Numbered from the stretch's first letter, positions 50,856 to 61,224 are shown. The stretch is DNA of 64,000 bases from an uncultured Planctomycetaceae bacterium (GCA_963815195.1 CAWFGE010000015.1:640001-704000); one strand, 5' to 3'. A program made the numbers and translations. The notes: generated by a model from the letters alone, not told the origin.

Positions 50856-53699
50856 TTAGTATTGCAGGATGACTTCGATGAAGTTGGAGTAGAGCTGGCT
50901 GGCTTGGATTTTGTCATTGCCGCCGAACACTTTTTCGGGAATGGCCTTGCCGAACAAGTCGTCGAAGCCTTTGCCCGGAATCAGCATGGCGAGGCCGCCG
51001 ATGATGACGACGTTGTCGTTCAGGAACGGGCGGTATTCCATGCCCATGCTCAAGTCCAGCCCGATTTCGGGATCGATGTTGTCTTGGAAGGTGAAGACTT
51101 CCAAGGACCGCGTGGTGTCGAACCACATATAGTTGGCGTTGGTGAGGATTTTCATCTTGGGGGTGACTTCGAAATCCATCCCGGCGTTGATGAGGTGCAA
51201 ACCGGGGTTGACGAAGTTCGATTGGCCTTGAATTTTGCTCGACCGCAGGTTCGGGATGAAGCTCATGTTCTGGACGAGGTTCACGCCGAACAGCCGCACG
51301 GCCTGGCGTTGCCAGTAGCTAAACTCGCCTCCGGCAAAGTTCGGATTGTCGAGGATGGTATCAAACCCGCGAGCGGTGTTGTCGTTGATGTCATCATCCC
51401 CGGAGGAATACAGGTAGGATGTGCGGAACCTCGCCCATTCCCGGTCGATGGACAACTCCAAGGCGAAGAACTTGGCGTCGATCTGCTGCTGCGAGTTGGC
51501 GAGCGGATTCCGGCTGTCTTTTCCGGTCACCCAGTAGAACGAGTTGGTGACGTTGATGCGGCCGATGTGCCCGTCACCGTTGAAGCCGAAGTAATGGGCC
51601 TGCACGCGGTGCGGTTGAAACACGCCCACCGGATCCGGCCGGACGAGGAAGTTGTTGCGGTCGAATTTAAAGCTCGGACCGTCCGTGTTGTAGTGATAGC
51701 TCAATTGCGCCGTGTACCCTGGAAAGATGAAATCCTGCCGGTAGTAGTTGGCAATAAACACGTTTTGATTGCGGTCTTGGAAGGTGTTGAGCAGGCTGTT
51801 GGTGTTCTTCTCGGTTTCGTCGAAGGCGATCAGGTTGAACTGATCCCGGTTTCCAAACTGCGTCCCGAACAAGCGAATCCCGCGGTTGATGTCGGAAAAT
51901 ACGAATCCGCGGAAGTCCGAGGTAAAGGGCTGCGAGCCGGCCCGAACCGAGGCGAAGTCGTAGTCGGCGCTCAAATCGGCGAGCTTGGCTTCCACGAAGT
52001 ATTGTTCGAGGGCGAAGTCGTACCGCGTCCGCGTGAGGCCTTTGCGAACATCGGGATTGACTTGTGCGAGTTCGTTGAATTGGACGACGTTGCGGTTGAA
52101 GATCGGCTGGAGGCGAACCTGCCAGTCCAACGGCTTAAAGGCCGCGGTCGATCCGTGAAACAAATCGACCTGCATGCTGAGGTAGTTCTGGCTGAGGAAG
52201 TTCCGCGGGCGGCCGAAGAAGTTTTCTTGAAGCGCGCCGCGCGTGCTTTCGAACGGCGTCGTACCGATGGGGTTCTTTTGGAAGTTCTGGAAGAATCGCT
52301 CTTGCACGGTGAGGTTTAAGAAGGTGTGCTGCCCGATGATCGGGTAGTCGCCTTTGAGCACGTTTTGGTTATACGGATCCCACCAGTGGCCTTTAATGAA
52401 GGGATAGTCATCCACCCACGGATGGCCGCGTCCGTAGCGGTCCCATTCGGGATAGCCGATCCGCCAGCGGTCTTCGACGGGAATGAAGTGGCTGCTGGTT
52501 TGGACTTCGCGGGGGATGACGCTCGAGGGTCCCGAAAAGCCGTTGGGCGGCTCGAATCCTGTGACTAAAAACGGCCCGACTTCCTCATAGATCGGGTTGA
52601 GCCCGGCGGAGAATCCTTCCGTGAACGGCTCGCGAAACGGCCGATTCAGCACGTCGGGATTGACGTCCCCAATTGGTCCCAAAGGCGTTTTGATCAAATT
52701 GCCGTCGGGTCCGAGAAAACCGCCGGCGTGTTCGATGTCGGCGTCATCTTGGGGATCGATCGCCCAGAAGCTGCCCACTTCGCCGCCGGCTTCACTCCCG
52801 CCGGCCGTCACGGGGATTTCTTCGAGATTCGCCCCGGGCGTCCAAAATGGCTGCACCGGGTTGAAGCTGCTATTGGACGTCCGCACGGGAAGCGCGGCCG
52901 TCTCGCGGGGCGCTTGGAAGTTCGAAGGTTTCGGCAGTCCCGAAATCGCCGGCATCGGTTGATCGATGGGAGACGGGGACCTTTCGAACGGATTGTTCTT
53001 GGACAAGACATCGCCCGCGTCGCCCGCGGGCCGCTCGATCATCGGAGGCATCGGCAGCCCGGCCGGATTTGCCGGGGCGGTCTTCATTCCGGGAGCCGGG
53101 GACGTGGCGGTGACGCCCGCATTCATTTCCGCGGCCAGCAACCGGGCGTTCCCGCGCACGATGGGATCGCCGTCGGAAGCGGCGATTTGCCGGATCCGCT
53201 CGACGAGTTGCGGTTGCCGGGGCATGGCCCTGACCGCTTCGAGGGCGGCCAAGCGAACCTGCCGATCGGGGTCTTTGGTGAGTTCAAGCACCAGATCGGC
53301 GTGTTGGGGGGAGGCGGCTCGGCCCAATGTCTGGGCGAGTTCGCGGCGAACAGCCGGTTGGGGGTGCTTGAGTTGCCATCCCGTTTGAATGTCTTCGTCG
53401 GCCAATCCCAACTGTTTGAGTTCGGTTCTGGCCTGAGCCGCGGCCTTGGGATCGGGGTCATGCAACTGCGTGAGCAATTGCACGATGCGGGCCTTCATGT
53501 CCTGGGCGCTTTGTTGCCCCCGGGCGACGGCGGGAAACGTCCCGACCGCCACGGCGACAACCAAGGCCCAACCCAGAAGCCAGGCAATCCGCTCTGGCTT
53601 TTTCTTCAAGGATTTCTCGTGTGATGCCCAGCTTGCTCTGCGCACCACCCTCACTTTCCCACGCATGCTTTGAGGCTGCGTCAGATGGTTCTTTTCCAC
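50856..53699 (-). CDS. HEAT-repeat + Pro-rich linker + putative outer-membrane beta-barrel protein
   Basis: Signal/TM segment; HEAT motifs (LTKDPDRQVRLAALEAV); alternating amphipathic strands; C-terminal aromatic (FIEVILQY). Confidence 0.7.
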   Translation of the reverse strand: MEKNHLTQPQSMRGKVRVVRRASWASHEKSLKKKPERIAWLLGWALVVAVAVGTFPAVARGQQSAQDMKARIVQLLTQLHDPDPKAAAQARTELKQLGLADEDIQTGWQLKHPQPAVRRELAQTLGRAASPQHADLVLELTKDPDRQVRLAALEAVRAMPRQPQLVERIRQIAASDGDPIVRGNARLLAAEMNAGVTATSPAPGMKTAPANPAGLPMPPMIERPAGDAGDVLSKNNPFERSPSPIDQPMPAISGLPKPSNFQAPRETAALPVRTSNSSFNPVQPFWTPGANLEEIPVTAGGSEAGGEVGSFWAIDPQDDADIEHAGGFLGPDGNLIKTPLGPIGDVNPDVLNRPFREPFTEGFSAGLNPIYEEVGPFLVTGFEPPNGFSGPSSVIPREVQTSSHFIPVEDRWRIGYPEWDRYGRGHPWVDDYPFIKGHWWDPYNQNVLKGDYPIIGQHTFLNLTVQERFFQNFQKNPIGTTPFESTRGALQENFFGRPRNFLSQNYLSMQVDLFHGSTAAFKPLDWQVRLQPIFNRNVVQFNELAQVNPDVRKGLTRTRYDFALEQYFVEAKLADLSADYDFASVRAGSQPFTSDFRGFVFSDINRGIRLFGTQFGNRDQFNLIAFDETEKNTNSLLNTFQDRNQNVFIANYYRQDFIFPGYTAQLSYHYNTDGPSFKFDRNNFLVRPDPVGVFQPHRVQAHYFGFNGDGHIGRINVTNSFYWVTGKDSRNPLANSQQQIDAKFFALELSIDREWARFRTSYLYSSGDDDINDNTARGFDTILDNPNFAGGEFSYWQRQAVRLFGVNLVQNMSFIPNLRSSKIQGQSNFVNPGLHLINAGMDFEVTPKMKILTNANYMWFDTTRSLEVFTFQDNIDPEIGLDLSMGMEYRPFLNDNVVIIGGLAMLIPGKGFDDLFGKAIPEKVFGGNDKIQASQLYSNFIEVILQY

Positions 53700-54404
53700 G
53701 GCTGGTTCCCGCTTTTGTGCCCGTGTGCGCTGGAACCGGTCCCGCTTCCAGGCGGCAAAACAGCCCGGAAGGTGAAGGGATTCCCTAGCGCGGTGGAACG
53801 GATTGTAGAGATGGAAAATTCAGAGAGAGGTGGAGAGCGGGGGGAGAATTAACGGGAGACGAAAATCCTTGCAAGACCAAAATTACAGTTTTCAGAAAAT
53901 TCCCCACAAAAAGTTGGGAGAATAGAGAGTCTGAGCGGGCGAGCCAAGGGATTTTTGTTCCCCGTCGAGCCGGCCGCCATTTTTTTCGTTCCGATTCCGC
54001 CCATCTTGGCGGACTCGTGTGCGGCCGATTTTGCAAAACCCGTCGCGTCCGCACCCGGCCGGCGGTTTTGCGAAACGGTGGCCGCCTGAAAAAACTCCCC
54101 TCCCAGCAGAGGACAACTTCTGAAGTCCAATTTGAGTTTTTTCTACAAAACCCGCTTTTTCGCGGGATTGGGCTGCACTGAACATTCCGGTTGTTCCGAT
54201 TGGAGAGATTAGATCGAGTTGCGGGCTGGATCCCGAGGGATCGGAACGTCTGCAATTTCTCGAAACGATTTCCTTAAAGAATCCGCCGGCGTTTGGAGAG
54301 CACGTCGGCGGGTCCGGCGGGAAATTCGCGGCGAGGTTCGATCCCGTCAACCGTCCCCCGGTTGCAGACAATTACAATGACCCCATTCCATTGGGAGCAC
54401 GATC

Positions 54405-57400
54405 GTGAGTTGGTTCAAACAAAAATTGGATGGGCTGGGCAAACGGAAGGACGCCGAACGCCGGGTGCCTCGGCAGGTCTCGCTCTCCCAAGTGGAGCAG
54501 TTGGAGTCGCGGTTGTGTCTGGGCAGCTTAAACGCGCCGGATCTGGGAGACTGGAATCCCGACGATCCCAACGACTCCAACTTGGAACCGGCGGCCGTTT
54601 CGACCGATCTCTCGCAGGAGGACACCACGCAGGTGGAACCCGACGGGGGGCAATCGCCCTCGCAAAACAACTCCCAAACGGAAACCGTGCTCGTGCCCGA
54701 TAACACGAATCCGGTGCCGGGGCAGACGACCAGTTTGCTGGGCGTGGGGTTGGAGGACAATCAAACTCAGGTTCAACTTGACAGCGGGAATCCTCAAATC
54801 GCGGAGGATTCCGCAACGCCTTCCGCCGGGACGATCGATTCGGGCGGCGCGGGGCAGAACCAATTCCTCGGTCCCCCGACCCAAATGGGCGCGGTGAATA
54901 ACACCGGGCAAGGCTCCTCGGGGCAAGCCGGTCCCGACGGCGGCCAGCAAGCGGTCAACGGCAGCGTGAGCGACATGACCTGCTGGGACCTCGCGAACTT
55001 CGCGGGGCCTCAGGGCAGCACGGAAAACGTTTACCTGCCGCCGTGGTGGGAAGGCATGACGGAGCCGGTCACGATCAAGTACGACTTCCGCGACATCGGC
55101 GATTACAAGAACTCGATCACGGACGATCAAAAAGCCGCCGCGGTCGCGGCTCTCGATGCCTGGTCGCAGGCGACGGGCGGGATTCTGCAGTTCGTCCAGG
55201 ACACCGAAGCCGCCGACTATCAAATCATGAATATCGGCACGGGGGATTTGTCGGTCTACGGTTATCAAAGTGAAAACGGCGGCAAACTCGGGTTGGGCGG
55301 CGGGGCCGTCTCCCGAGACAGCGACGGAAATGTCGTCGTCGCCGGCGTCGCCTGGATGGATGCGGCTGACACATGGGACACGACCGTCGGCAACGGGGAT
55401 CCCGACGGCACGGTGGACTATTTCACGGTGGCGGGACACGAAATCGGGCACATCCTCGGCTTCAACGACTCGGTGATCTATAACACCGACCAAGACATCA
55501 TGCGGGGCTTTTACGACAGTGAACGCGATCAGTCCTCGTTCGATTACGCCGCCCAGCACGACACGATGTATACCGGCATCGTCAAGCAAAATCCCGAAGA
55601 CGCCCAGTTCGAAGTGCACGCGATGGCGATGGCCCAACTCACCGCGAGCGAGGTGACCACGTTGTTGCAACGCGCCTCGGCGGCGACATCCAGCGAGGAT
55701 GCGGTAATCGCGGTGGTCGATCGCGGCGGCACGATTTTGGGCGTGCAAGTGGAACAAGGCGTGATCAACAACATCGACGATCCCACGAACGCGGCCATCG
55801 CCGCGGAGTTTGGTGCCCCGGGGAACAACAACGGAATCATCGACACCGATTCCGAACGCCGGGCCTTGGCGTTCTTCGCGGAAGGGGCCGTGGCGAAAGC
55901 GCGCACGGCGGCGTTTTTCTCCAACGGCGACCCGACCAACATCGACAGCCACAGCCCGATCGGAACTCGCGCCCCGCTGACATCGCGGCTGGTGCGGTTT
56001 ATCAGCCAGACCACGGTCACGCAGCGAGAAGTGGAAGGCGTCTCGGCTCTCGATGCTCCCGCCGAATTGCGGGGCCCGGGGCTGGTCGCGCCGATCGGTT
56101 TGGGCGGCCACTTCCCGCCGGAAGTCTCGCACACGCCGCCGGTGGACTTGTTCGCCATCGAGCAAACCAACCGCGACCGCGTGCCGGGCGACGTGTCGGC
56201 GACCGTCGCCGATCCAACGCTATTGGCCAATCTGGATTCATCGGTCATCGCGCCGTTTTCGCCGATGGTCAATATCCGCACCGTGGGCGGAAGTGTGGTC
56301 AATCCCAACCAGGATCCCAACAATCCACCCGCGGCCGGACAGACCCTCCGGTTCAACATTGCCTACAACAACATCGATCCGGCGATGGTGGACGCGCTGC
56401 GGGAACCGTTGTCCTTCGGGGAGATTTCGGGATTGGATCCAAATGCCCGCTCGCGCGGCATCGCGACCCTGCCCGGCGGAATTCCCATCTTCCGCGACGC
56501 GAATCCCGGCCCGGGCGGCACCGATGCCGGCGTCGGCGATACACTCATCGGCGGCATCGGCGTGTTCTTTCCCGGACGCGACGGCTTTGCCACGTTCGAG
56601 CAAGGCTATAAGCCCGGTGTCGCGCAAACGGAATACGAACGCACGAATGCCCCGAAAGTTTTGGAAGCGGAATTTATGGCGCTGGCGGCCATCGGCGGCA
56701 GTTTGGGAGCTGCGGTGCAGGGAGTTCCCTTTGCCAATACCGACCCATTTGCGGGAACGGGACTCGCGAAAATTCCCGACATCGATCTGCCCTTCGGCCG
56801 ATTGGACCTCGTGGGAATTACGCTCCAAGTCATCGGGCCGATTGCCGGGCGGGAAGGCGTCGCCGAAGTCCTCAACCGGGGTTTCGCTCTCGGACCGGGG
56901 CAAGTCAGCGGCTCGCAGGTTTATGCTCCGAACATCGGCGGCCGCGACGTGCCTTACGGGATGATCGTGCCGCCTCGCGACGGCGTGGGGATCACGGCGG
57001 CGCAGGTCAATCAGATCATTCAGAACGCGATCGCCGGGGCCCAGCAGGTGCGGGCGGCCGTGCGTTTGCCTTTGAGCAGCCGCACGCGGATGGTGTTTGC
57101 CGTCTCCGATTTGGAAGGCAACATCGTCGGCCTGTACCGCATGCAGGACGCCACGATCTTCTCGATCGACGTGGCCGTGGCCAAAGCTCGGAACACGGCC
57201 TACTACGCGAACCCGGAGGAGTTGAATCCGCTCGATCAAGTGCCCACGGTGCCTGCGGGCACGGCATTGACCAACCGCACGTTCCGCTTCCTCGTGGAAC
57301 CGCGTTTCCCGTCCGGCGTGGACGGCGATCCGGCGGGGCCGTTCTCCGAATTGAACAATCCCTTCATCGATCCCTTTAGCGCCGCGAATCTGGGAACGCC

Positions 57401-57758
57401 GCAAGCCGACACGGCCTACCTCGATACGGTGCTCGGCCGCAACTCGTTCGGCCCGACCGCTCCGACGAACGTCGACGGAGGTCCCGGCGGCATCGAGCGA
57501 AACTTCCTCGATCCCGACAACCTCAACAACCAGAACGGCGTCGTGTTCTTCCCCGGAAGCACGCCCCTTTACAGCAACGGCCAACTCATCGGCGGCTTCG
57601 GGGTTTCCGGGGACGGCGTCGATCAGGACGACGTGGTGACGTTCGTCGGTGCCCAGGGATTCTTGCCGCAACAAAACGACGTGCTGCGGTCCGACGAAAC
57701 CAAGTTCCGCGGCGTGCGGCTGCCCTACCAAAAATTCCTGCGGAATCCCTTCGGATAA
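54405..57758 (+). CDS. extracellular protein: LEPR-XLL-like leader, metzincin-like domain and two GlcG/HbpS-type haem-binding domains
   Basis: VEQLESRLCL; HEIGHILGFND + DIM Met-turn; VIAVVDRGG..AVAKARTA..GGIPIF..IGGIGV and AVSDLEG..VAVAKARN..PGSTPLY..IGGFGVSGDGVDQD. Confidence 0.8.
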   Translation: MSWFKQKLDGLGKRKDAERRVPRQVSLSQVEQLESRLCLGSLNAPDLGDWNPDDPNDSNLEPAAVSTDLSQEDTTQVEPDGGQSPSQNNSQTETVLVPDNTNPVPGQTTSLLGVGLEDNQTQVQLDSGNPQIAEDSATPSAGTIDSGGAGQNQFLGPPTQMGAVNNTGQGSSGQAGPDGGQQAVNGSVSDMTCWDLANFAGPQGSTENVYLPPWWEGMTEPVTIKYDFRDIGDYKNSITDDQKAAAVAALDAWSQATGGILQFVQDTEAADYQIMNIGTGDLSVYGYQSENGGKLGLGGGAVSRDSDGNVVVAGVAWMDAADTWDTTVGNGDPDGTVDYFTVAGHEIGHILGFNDSVIYNTDQDIMRGFYDSERDQSSFDYAAQHDTMYTGIVKQNPEDAQFEVHAMAMAQLTASEVTTLLQRASAATSSEDAVIAVVDRGGTILGVQVEQGVINNIDDPTNAAIAAEFGAPGNNNGIIDTDSERRALAFFAEGAVAKARTAAFFSNGDPTNIDSHSPIGTRAPLTSRLVRFISQTTVTQREVEGVSALDAPAELRGPGLVAPIGLGGHFPPEVSHTPPVDLFAIEQTNRDRVPGDVSATVADPTLLANLDSSVIAPFSPMVNIRTVGGSVVNPNQDPNNPPAAGQTLRFNIAYNNIDPAMVDALREPLSFGEISGLDPNARSRGIATLPGGIPIFRDANPGPGGTDAGVGDTLIGGIGVFFPGRDGFATFEQGYKPGVAQTEYERTNAPKVLEAEFMALAAIGGSLGAAVQGVPFANTDPFAGTGLAKIPDIDLPFGRLDLVGITLQVIGPIAGREGVAEVLNRGFALGPGQVSGSQVYAPNIGGRDVPYGMIVPPRDGVGITAAQVNQIIQNAIAGAQQVRAAVRLPLSSRTRMVFAVSDLEGNIVGLYRMQDATIFSIDVAVAKARNTAYYANPEELNPLDQVPTVPAGTALTNRTFRFLVEPRFPSGVDGDPAGPFSELNNPFIDPFSAANLGTPQADTAYLDTVLGRNSFGPTAPTNVDGGPGGIERNFLDPDNLNNQNGVVFFPGSTPLYSNGQLIGGFGVSGDGVDQDDVVTFVGAQGFLPQQNDVLRSDETKFRGVRLPYQKFLRNPFG

Positions 57759-57786
57759 GCCGCTGCCAATCTCCAGCAACTCGCGC

Positions 57787-57824
57787 CCCGGCGTTCGTGG
57801 TTCCCGCCACCGCCGGGGTTTTTT
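57787..57824 (+). terminator. probable intrinsic terminator
   Basis: CCCCGGCG...CGCCGGGG stem followed by TTTTTT. Confidence 0.65.
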
Positions 57825-58033
57825 GAAAAGAAAAGAAGAAAACCGGGGCGAGCGCCCTGCGGCTCATGGCGGATCCGCGAAAACCAGCGAATTATTACAT
57901 TTTGGGGCAATCCGGATCGGAAAATTCTTCCGTTGCGGAAAATTTCCTCCAGCGTGATTCACCCGAACAGCTTTCGCATCCGATATAAACCATACATTTC
58001 CACTTGTCGCTCAATTTATGCAAGGATGCGGGC

Positions 58034-59065
58034 ATGCGACGACCCATTTTGAGCCTCATGGCGGTTTGCGGGAGCGTTTGGGGCTGGACGGCGGCCGGAT
58101 GGGCGCAGGAATTCAATCCGTTTGGGGACCTGAATTCGTCGCAGCAGAGTATCGCCGCTCCCTTGTCGCCCGACGCGTCCGGAACGATACACGGTGATTC
58201 TCTTTACAATGTCTCCGAGACTCCGCCGCCATCGCCGAATCCCTTGCCCGGAGCGCTTCCCGGACCGGCCGAAGACCTCGAAGCCCAGGAAGGCGGCCTG
58301 CACGCGGAAGACGCCCACGGGCACGCAGCCCACAATCACCACGAACACTGCGAATGGGAAGAGGAGCACGAAGAAGAACCCCTCGGCAACATCCGTGTGA
58401 CGCCTTTGTACCGCACCATCGAGTCGGCCAAGTGGAAAAAACTGTTTCACAACATGTATTCCATCAACGTCGGCACAACGTTTTGGCAACCCGAACATCA
58501 CCACGGCGGTTATAACACCCAGTTCGGCGTGACGGCGGAATTCCAATACTCGCACCTCGATCCCAAGAGCGTGAACATCAACTCGGTGATCTCGATCCCT
58601 TTCAATACCCGGCAGAACCTCCGCATCAACGATGCCAACATGTACGGCGGCAACATCGGCCCTTCGTTCGCCATCAACCGCTACCTCTCCAACTCGACCA
58701 CAAAAGTTGAGTTGGGCTTTACGCCGCTGGTGACCATCGGCAGCTTCAACACGAGGCTCGGCCCCAACAACCCCTCCCCCGGTCAAAGCCAACTGTTTTT
58801 GGATCGAGGGGCTTCGAACGACGCCCCGATCGTCGGCGGGGATTTTCGCTTATGGACGGGCATCAAAACCCAAAGCGGGTTCCGGGCGGGCGTCACCGGG
58901 TTTTATGGAGTCGCCGCCACGAGTGCCGTCTACGACACGAGCCAAACCTTCAAAACCTACGGCGGCGGCGTCTATGTCGAACTGCCCACCCGCTTCGTGC
59001 CCCACGAATTCCCGGCACCGACGGGAACCTTCCAATGGTTTGAGAGGCTCCTCCACCTGGACTAG
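58034..59065 (+). CDS. secreted His-rich protein with a probable beta-barrel C-terminal part
   Basis: Signal peptide AGWA|Q; HAEDAHGHAAHNHHEHCEWEEEHEEE; EHHHGG; alternating beta-strand pattern. Confidence 0.65.
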   Translation: MRRPILSLMAVCGSVWGWTAAGWAQEFNPFGDLNSSQQSIAAPLSPDASGTIHGDSLYNVSETPPPSPNPLPGALPGPAEDLEAQEGGLHAEDAHGHAAHNHHEHCEWEEEHEEEPLGNIRVTPLYRTIESAKWKKLFHNMYSINVGTTFWQPEHHHGGYNTQFGVTAEFQYSHLDPKSVNINSVISIPFNTRQNLRINDANMYGGNIGPSFAINRYLSNSTTKVELGFTPLVTIGSFNTRLGPNNPSPGQSQLFLDRGASNDAPIVGGDFRLWTGIKTQSGFRAGVTGFYGVAATSAVYDTSQTFKTYGGGVYVELPTRFVPHEFPAPTGTFQWFERLLHLD

Positions 59066-59099
59066 CCCCAGGCGTTCCCAACGCACGAACCCAACCCAA

Positions 59100-59138
59100 A
59101 ACACGGGCTGCTGTTGACTTTCCACAGCAGCCCGTGTT
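59100..59138 (+). terminator. hairpin, probable terminator
   Basis: AACACGGGCTGCTG...CAGCAGCCCGTGTT. Confidence 0.55.
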
Positions 59139-59348
59139 GCGTTGGCGAAACACCCTTTCGTGGCAGGGATTCCCCCCTGGAAATCTCCTGGGGAAAATGG
59201 CTCGCTTTGGTGAAAATTTCTTCGCCTGTCCCGACATCGTGGACTAGGGTTTGTGTTGGAGTCGTCATTCTCCCCATCCCCTCCCAACAACATCACCTTA
59301 CTCGCGGTAACTCAGGGTTTGGCAGTCCGCCAATCTCAGGAGGGTCCC

Positions 59349-61224
59349 ATGAAACTCAAACATTGGCTTTACGCGCTCCACGATCAATTCCGGGCCAAAC
59401 CCCGCAGGCGCTCCCGCCGGCCCCTCCTCATCGATGCGGCGATTGAGCGGCTGGAGGAACGCTGCCTCTTGTCGGCCGCAGGGGGCGGGGCGGTGATGGT
59501 CTTTTCCGTGGGAACGATGAGCGAAGATCTCCCCGACGTCGGGCAAGTCGGCACCGAGGACCTCGTTCAATACGACGGCAACCAGTTTCTGCGCTCTTGT
59601 TTGACGGCTCGGACGTCGGACTCAGCGGAGCGGACATCGATGCCGTCGCCGTGATGAGCGAAAACCAGATCCTGTTGTCCTTTGCGAGCGCGACCAACAT
59701 CGCAGGCTTCGGCACCGTCGGTCCCAGCGATGTGATTCTCTTCCAGGCCGATTCGCTGGGCGATGACACTTCGGGCACGTTTTCCGTGTTCGCCACCGCG
59801 GCGGCTTTGGGATTGGACGGGAAGGGTCCCGCCGGAAGCCTCGATGCCCTCGATGTTTTAGACGACGGCTCGCTCGTGTTCTCGATCGCCGGCGACGTGT
59901 CCCTGTCGTTCGGTGGGACAAACACCTTTATTCGCCGAGCCGACGTGGTGCAATACACGCCCGTGCGCCGGGCGATTACACCTCAGGCAGCCTGCAACTG
60001 TTCTTCCACGGCAGCGATGCGGACCTGACCGTTTTTAACGCGGAAAATATCGACGCCTTCTCCGTCAACGGCATGCAGGTTCAGCTTTCCACATCGGGCG
60101 GTTTTTTCATTAACAGTCAAGGCCTCAGCGGCGACCAGCACGATGTTCTGACGTATCAGGTCGCCTCGTTTGGCGAGAATACGACCGGCAGTTATGTGGG
60201 GATCACTTTCGACGGCAGCGCCGTCTTCGGCCGGACGATCAATTTGAACGCCTTGGATTACTTCGATTTCCCGCAAACGACCAATCATCCGCCCACGGCT
60301 CAAGACCTCACCGCGGAAGCCCCGGAAGACGGCTCTGTGGAAATCCAACTGCTCGGCGATGACGGCGAGCCGGACATTGAGCAACCTTTGACCTATGTGA
60401 TCGTCCGCGGCCCCGCCCACGGCACAATCACTTCGTTCGACTCCAGTACCGGACAACTTACCTACAAGCCCGGCCCCAACTACAACGGTGCGGATCAGAT
60501 CACTTATCTCGTGCAGGAAATCGACGAAAACGGCGTGGCGAGCGTCAGCGAACTGGCGGTCGTGGACATCACGATCACGGCGGTCAACGATCCGCCCATC
60601 GTCCGGTTCCAGTCCTCCAAGTTCACCGGCGATCAAAACGTCCCGCTCCTGATCACGGGGATCACCGTCAGCGACGTGGAAGCCAATGCGGATCAATCGC
60701 CGGTGAGCGTCGTGCTGAGCGTGGATGCGGGGATCTTGACGCTGGCTTCGACGGACTCGCCCGTCAAAATCAGCGGCAACGGAACCGCCCAACTCACGCT
60801 CGTCGGCACGACCTCCGCGATCAATCTGCTGCTCGCGCAAGGCGTCACGTTCCAACCCGACCCGAATTTCTCCGGCCAAACCTCGCTGAGCGTGACGATC
60901 GAAGACAGCCTGGATCCCAGCGTGGCCCTCTCGGCCTCGGGAACCGTACAAATCGACATCCGGTCCTTGAACCAGCAGATCACGGCTTTTCGCACTCAAA
61001 TTGTCAGCCTGATTCGAAATGGTGGACTGAATAAGAAGATCGGCCAAAAACTGCTCGCCTCCTTGAACGGCCATCCCAATTCCCATCACATCCGCCAAAC
61101 GATCCATCAGATTATGAAGCTGGAACACAAAGGCCGGCTCAATCCGGATCTGGCTCAGCAGCTGATCGATGAGCTCACCACGCTCAGCCTAGGCCTGGGG
61201 CCCGCAAAAAGGCGGCCGCATTGA
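59349..61224 (+). CDS. extracellular LEPR-XLL-type protein with FDGS repeats and cadherin/Ig-like domains (frameshifts near 59590 and 59965)
   Basis: AGGAGG RBS; IERLEERCLLS; FDGSD/FHGSD/FDGSA repeats; NHPPTA..ED..GPAHGT..TYKPGPNYNGADQITY; ITAVNDPP. Confidence 0.75.

Noticed and set aside
50192..50872. 226-aa Thr/Ala-rich ORF from the track
   Set aside because: Wrong-frame reading of the Tyr/Gly/Asn-rich paralog at 50334..50724
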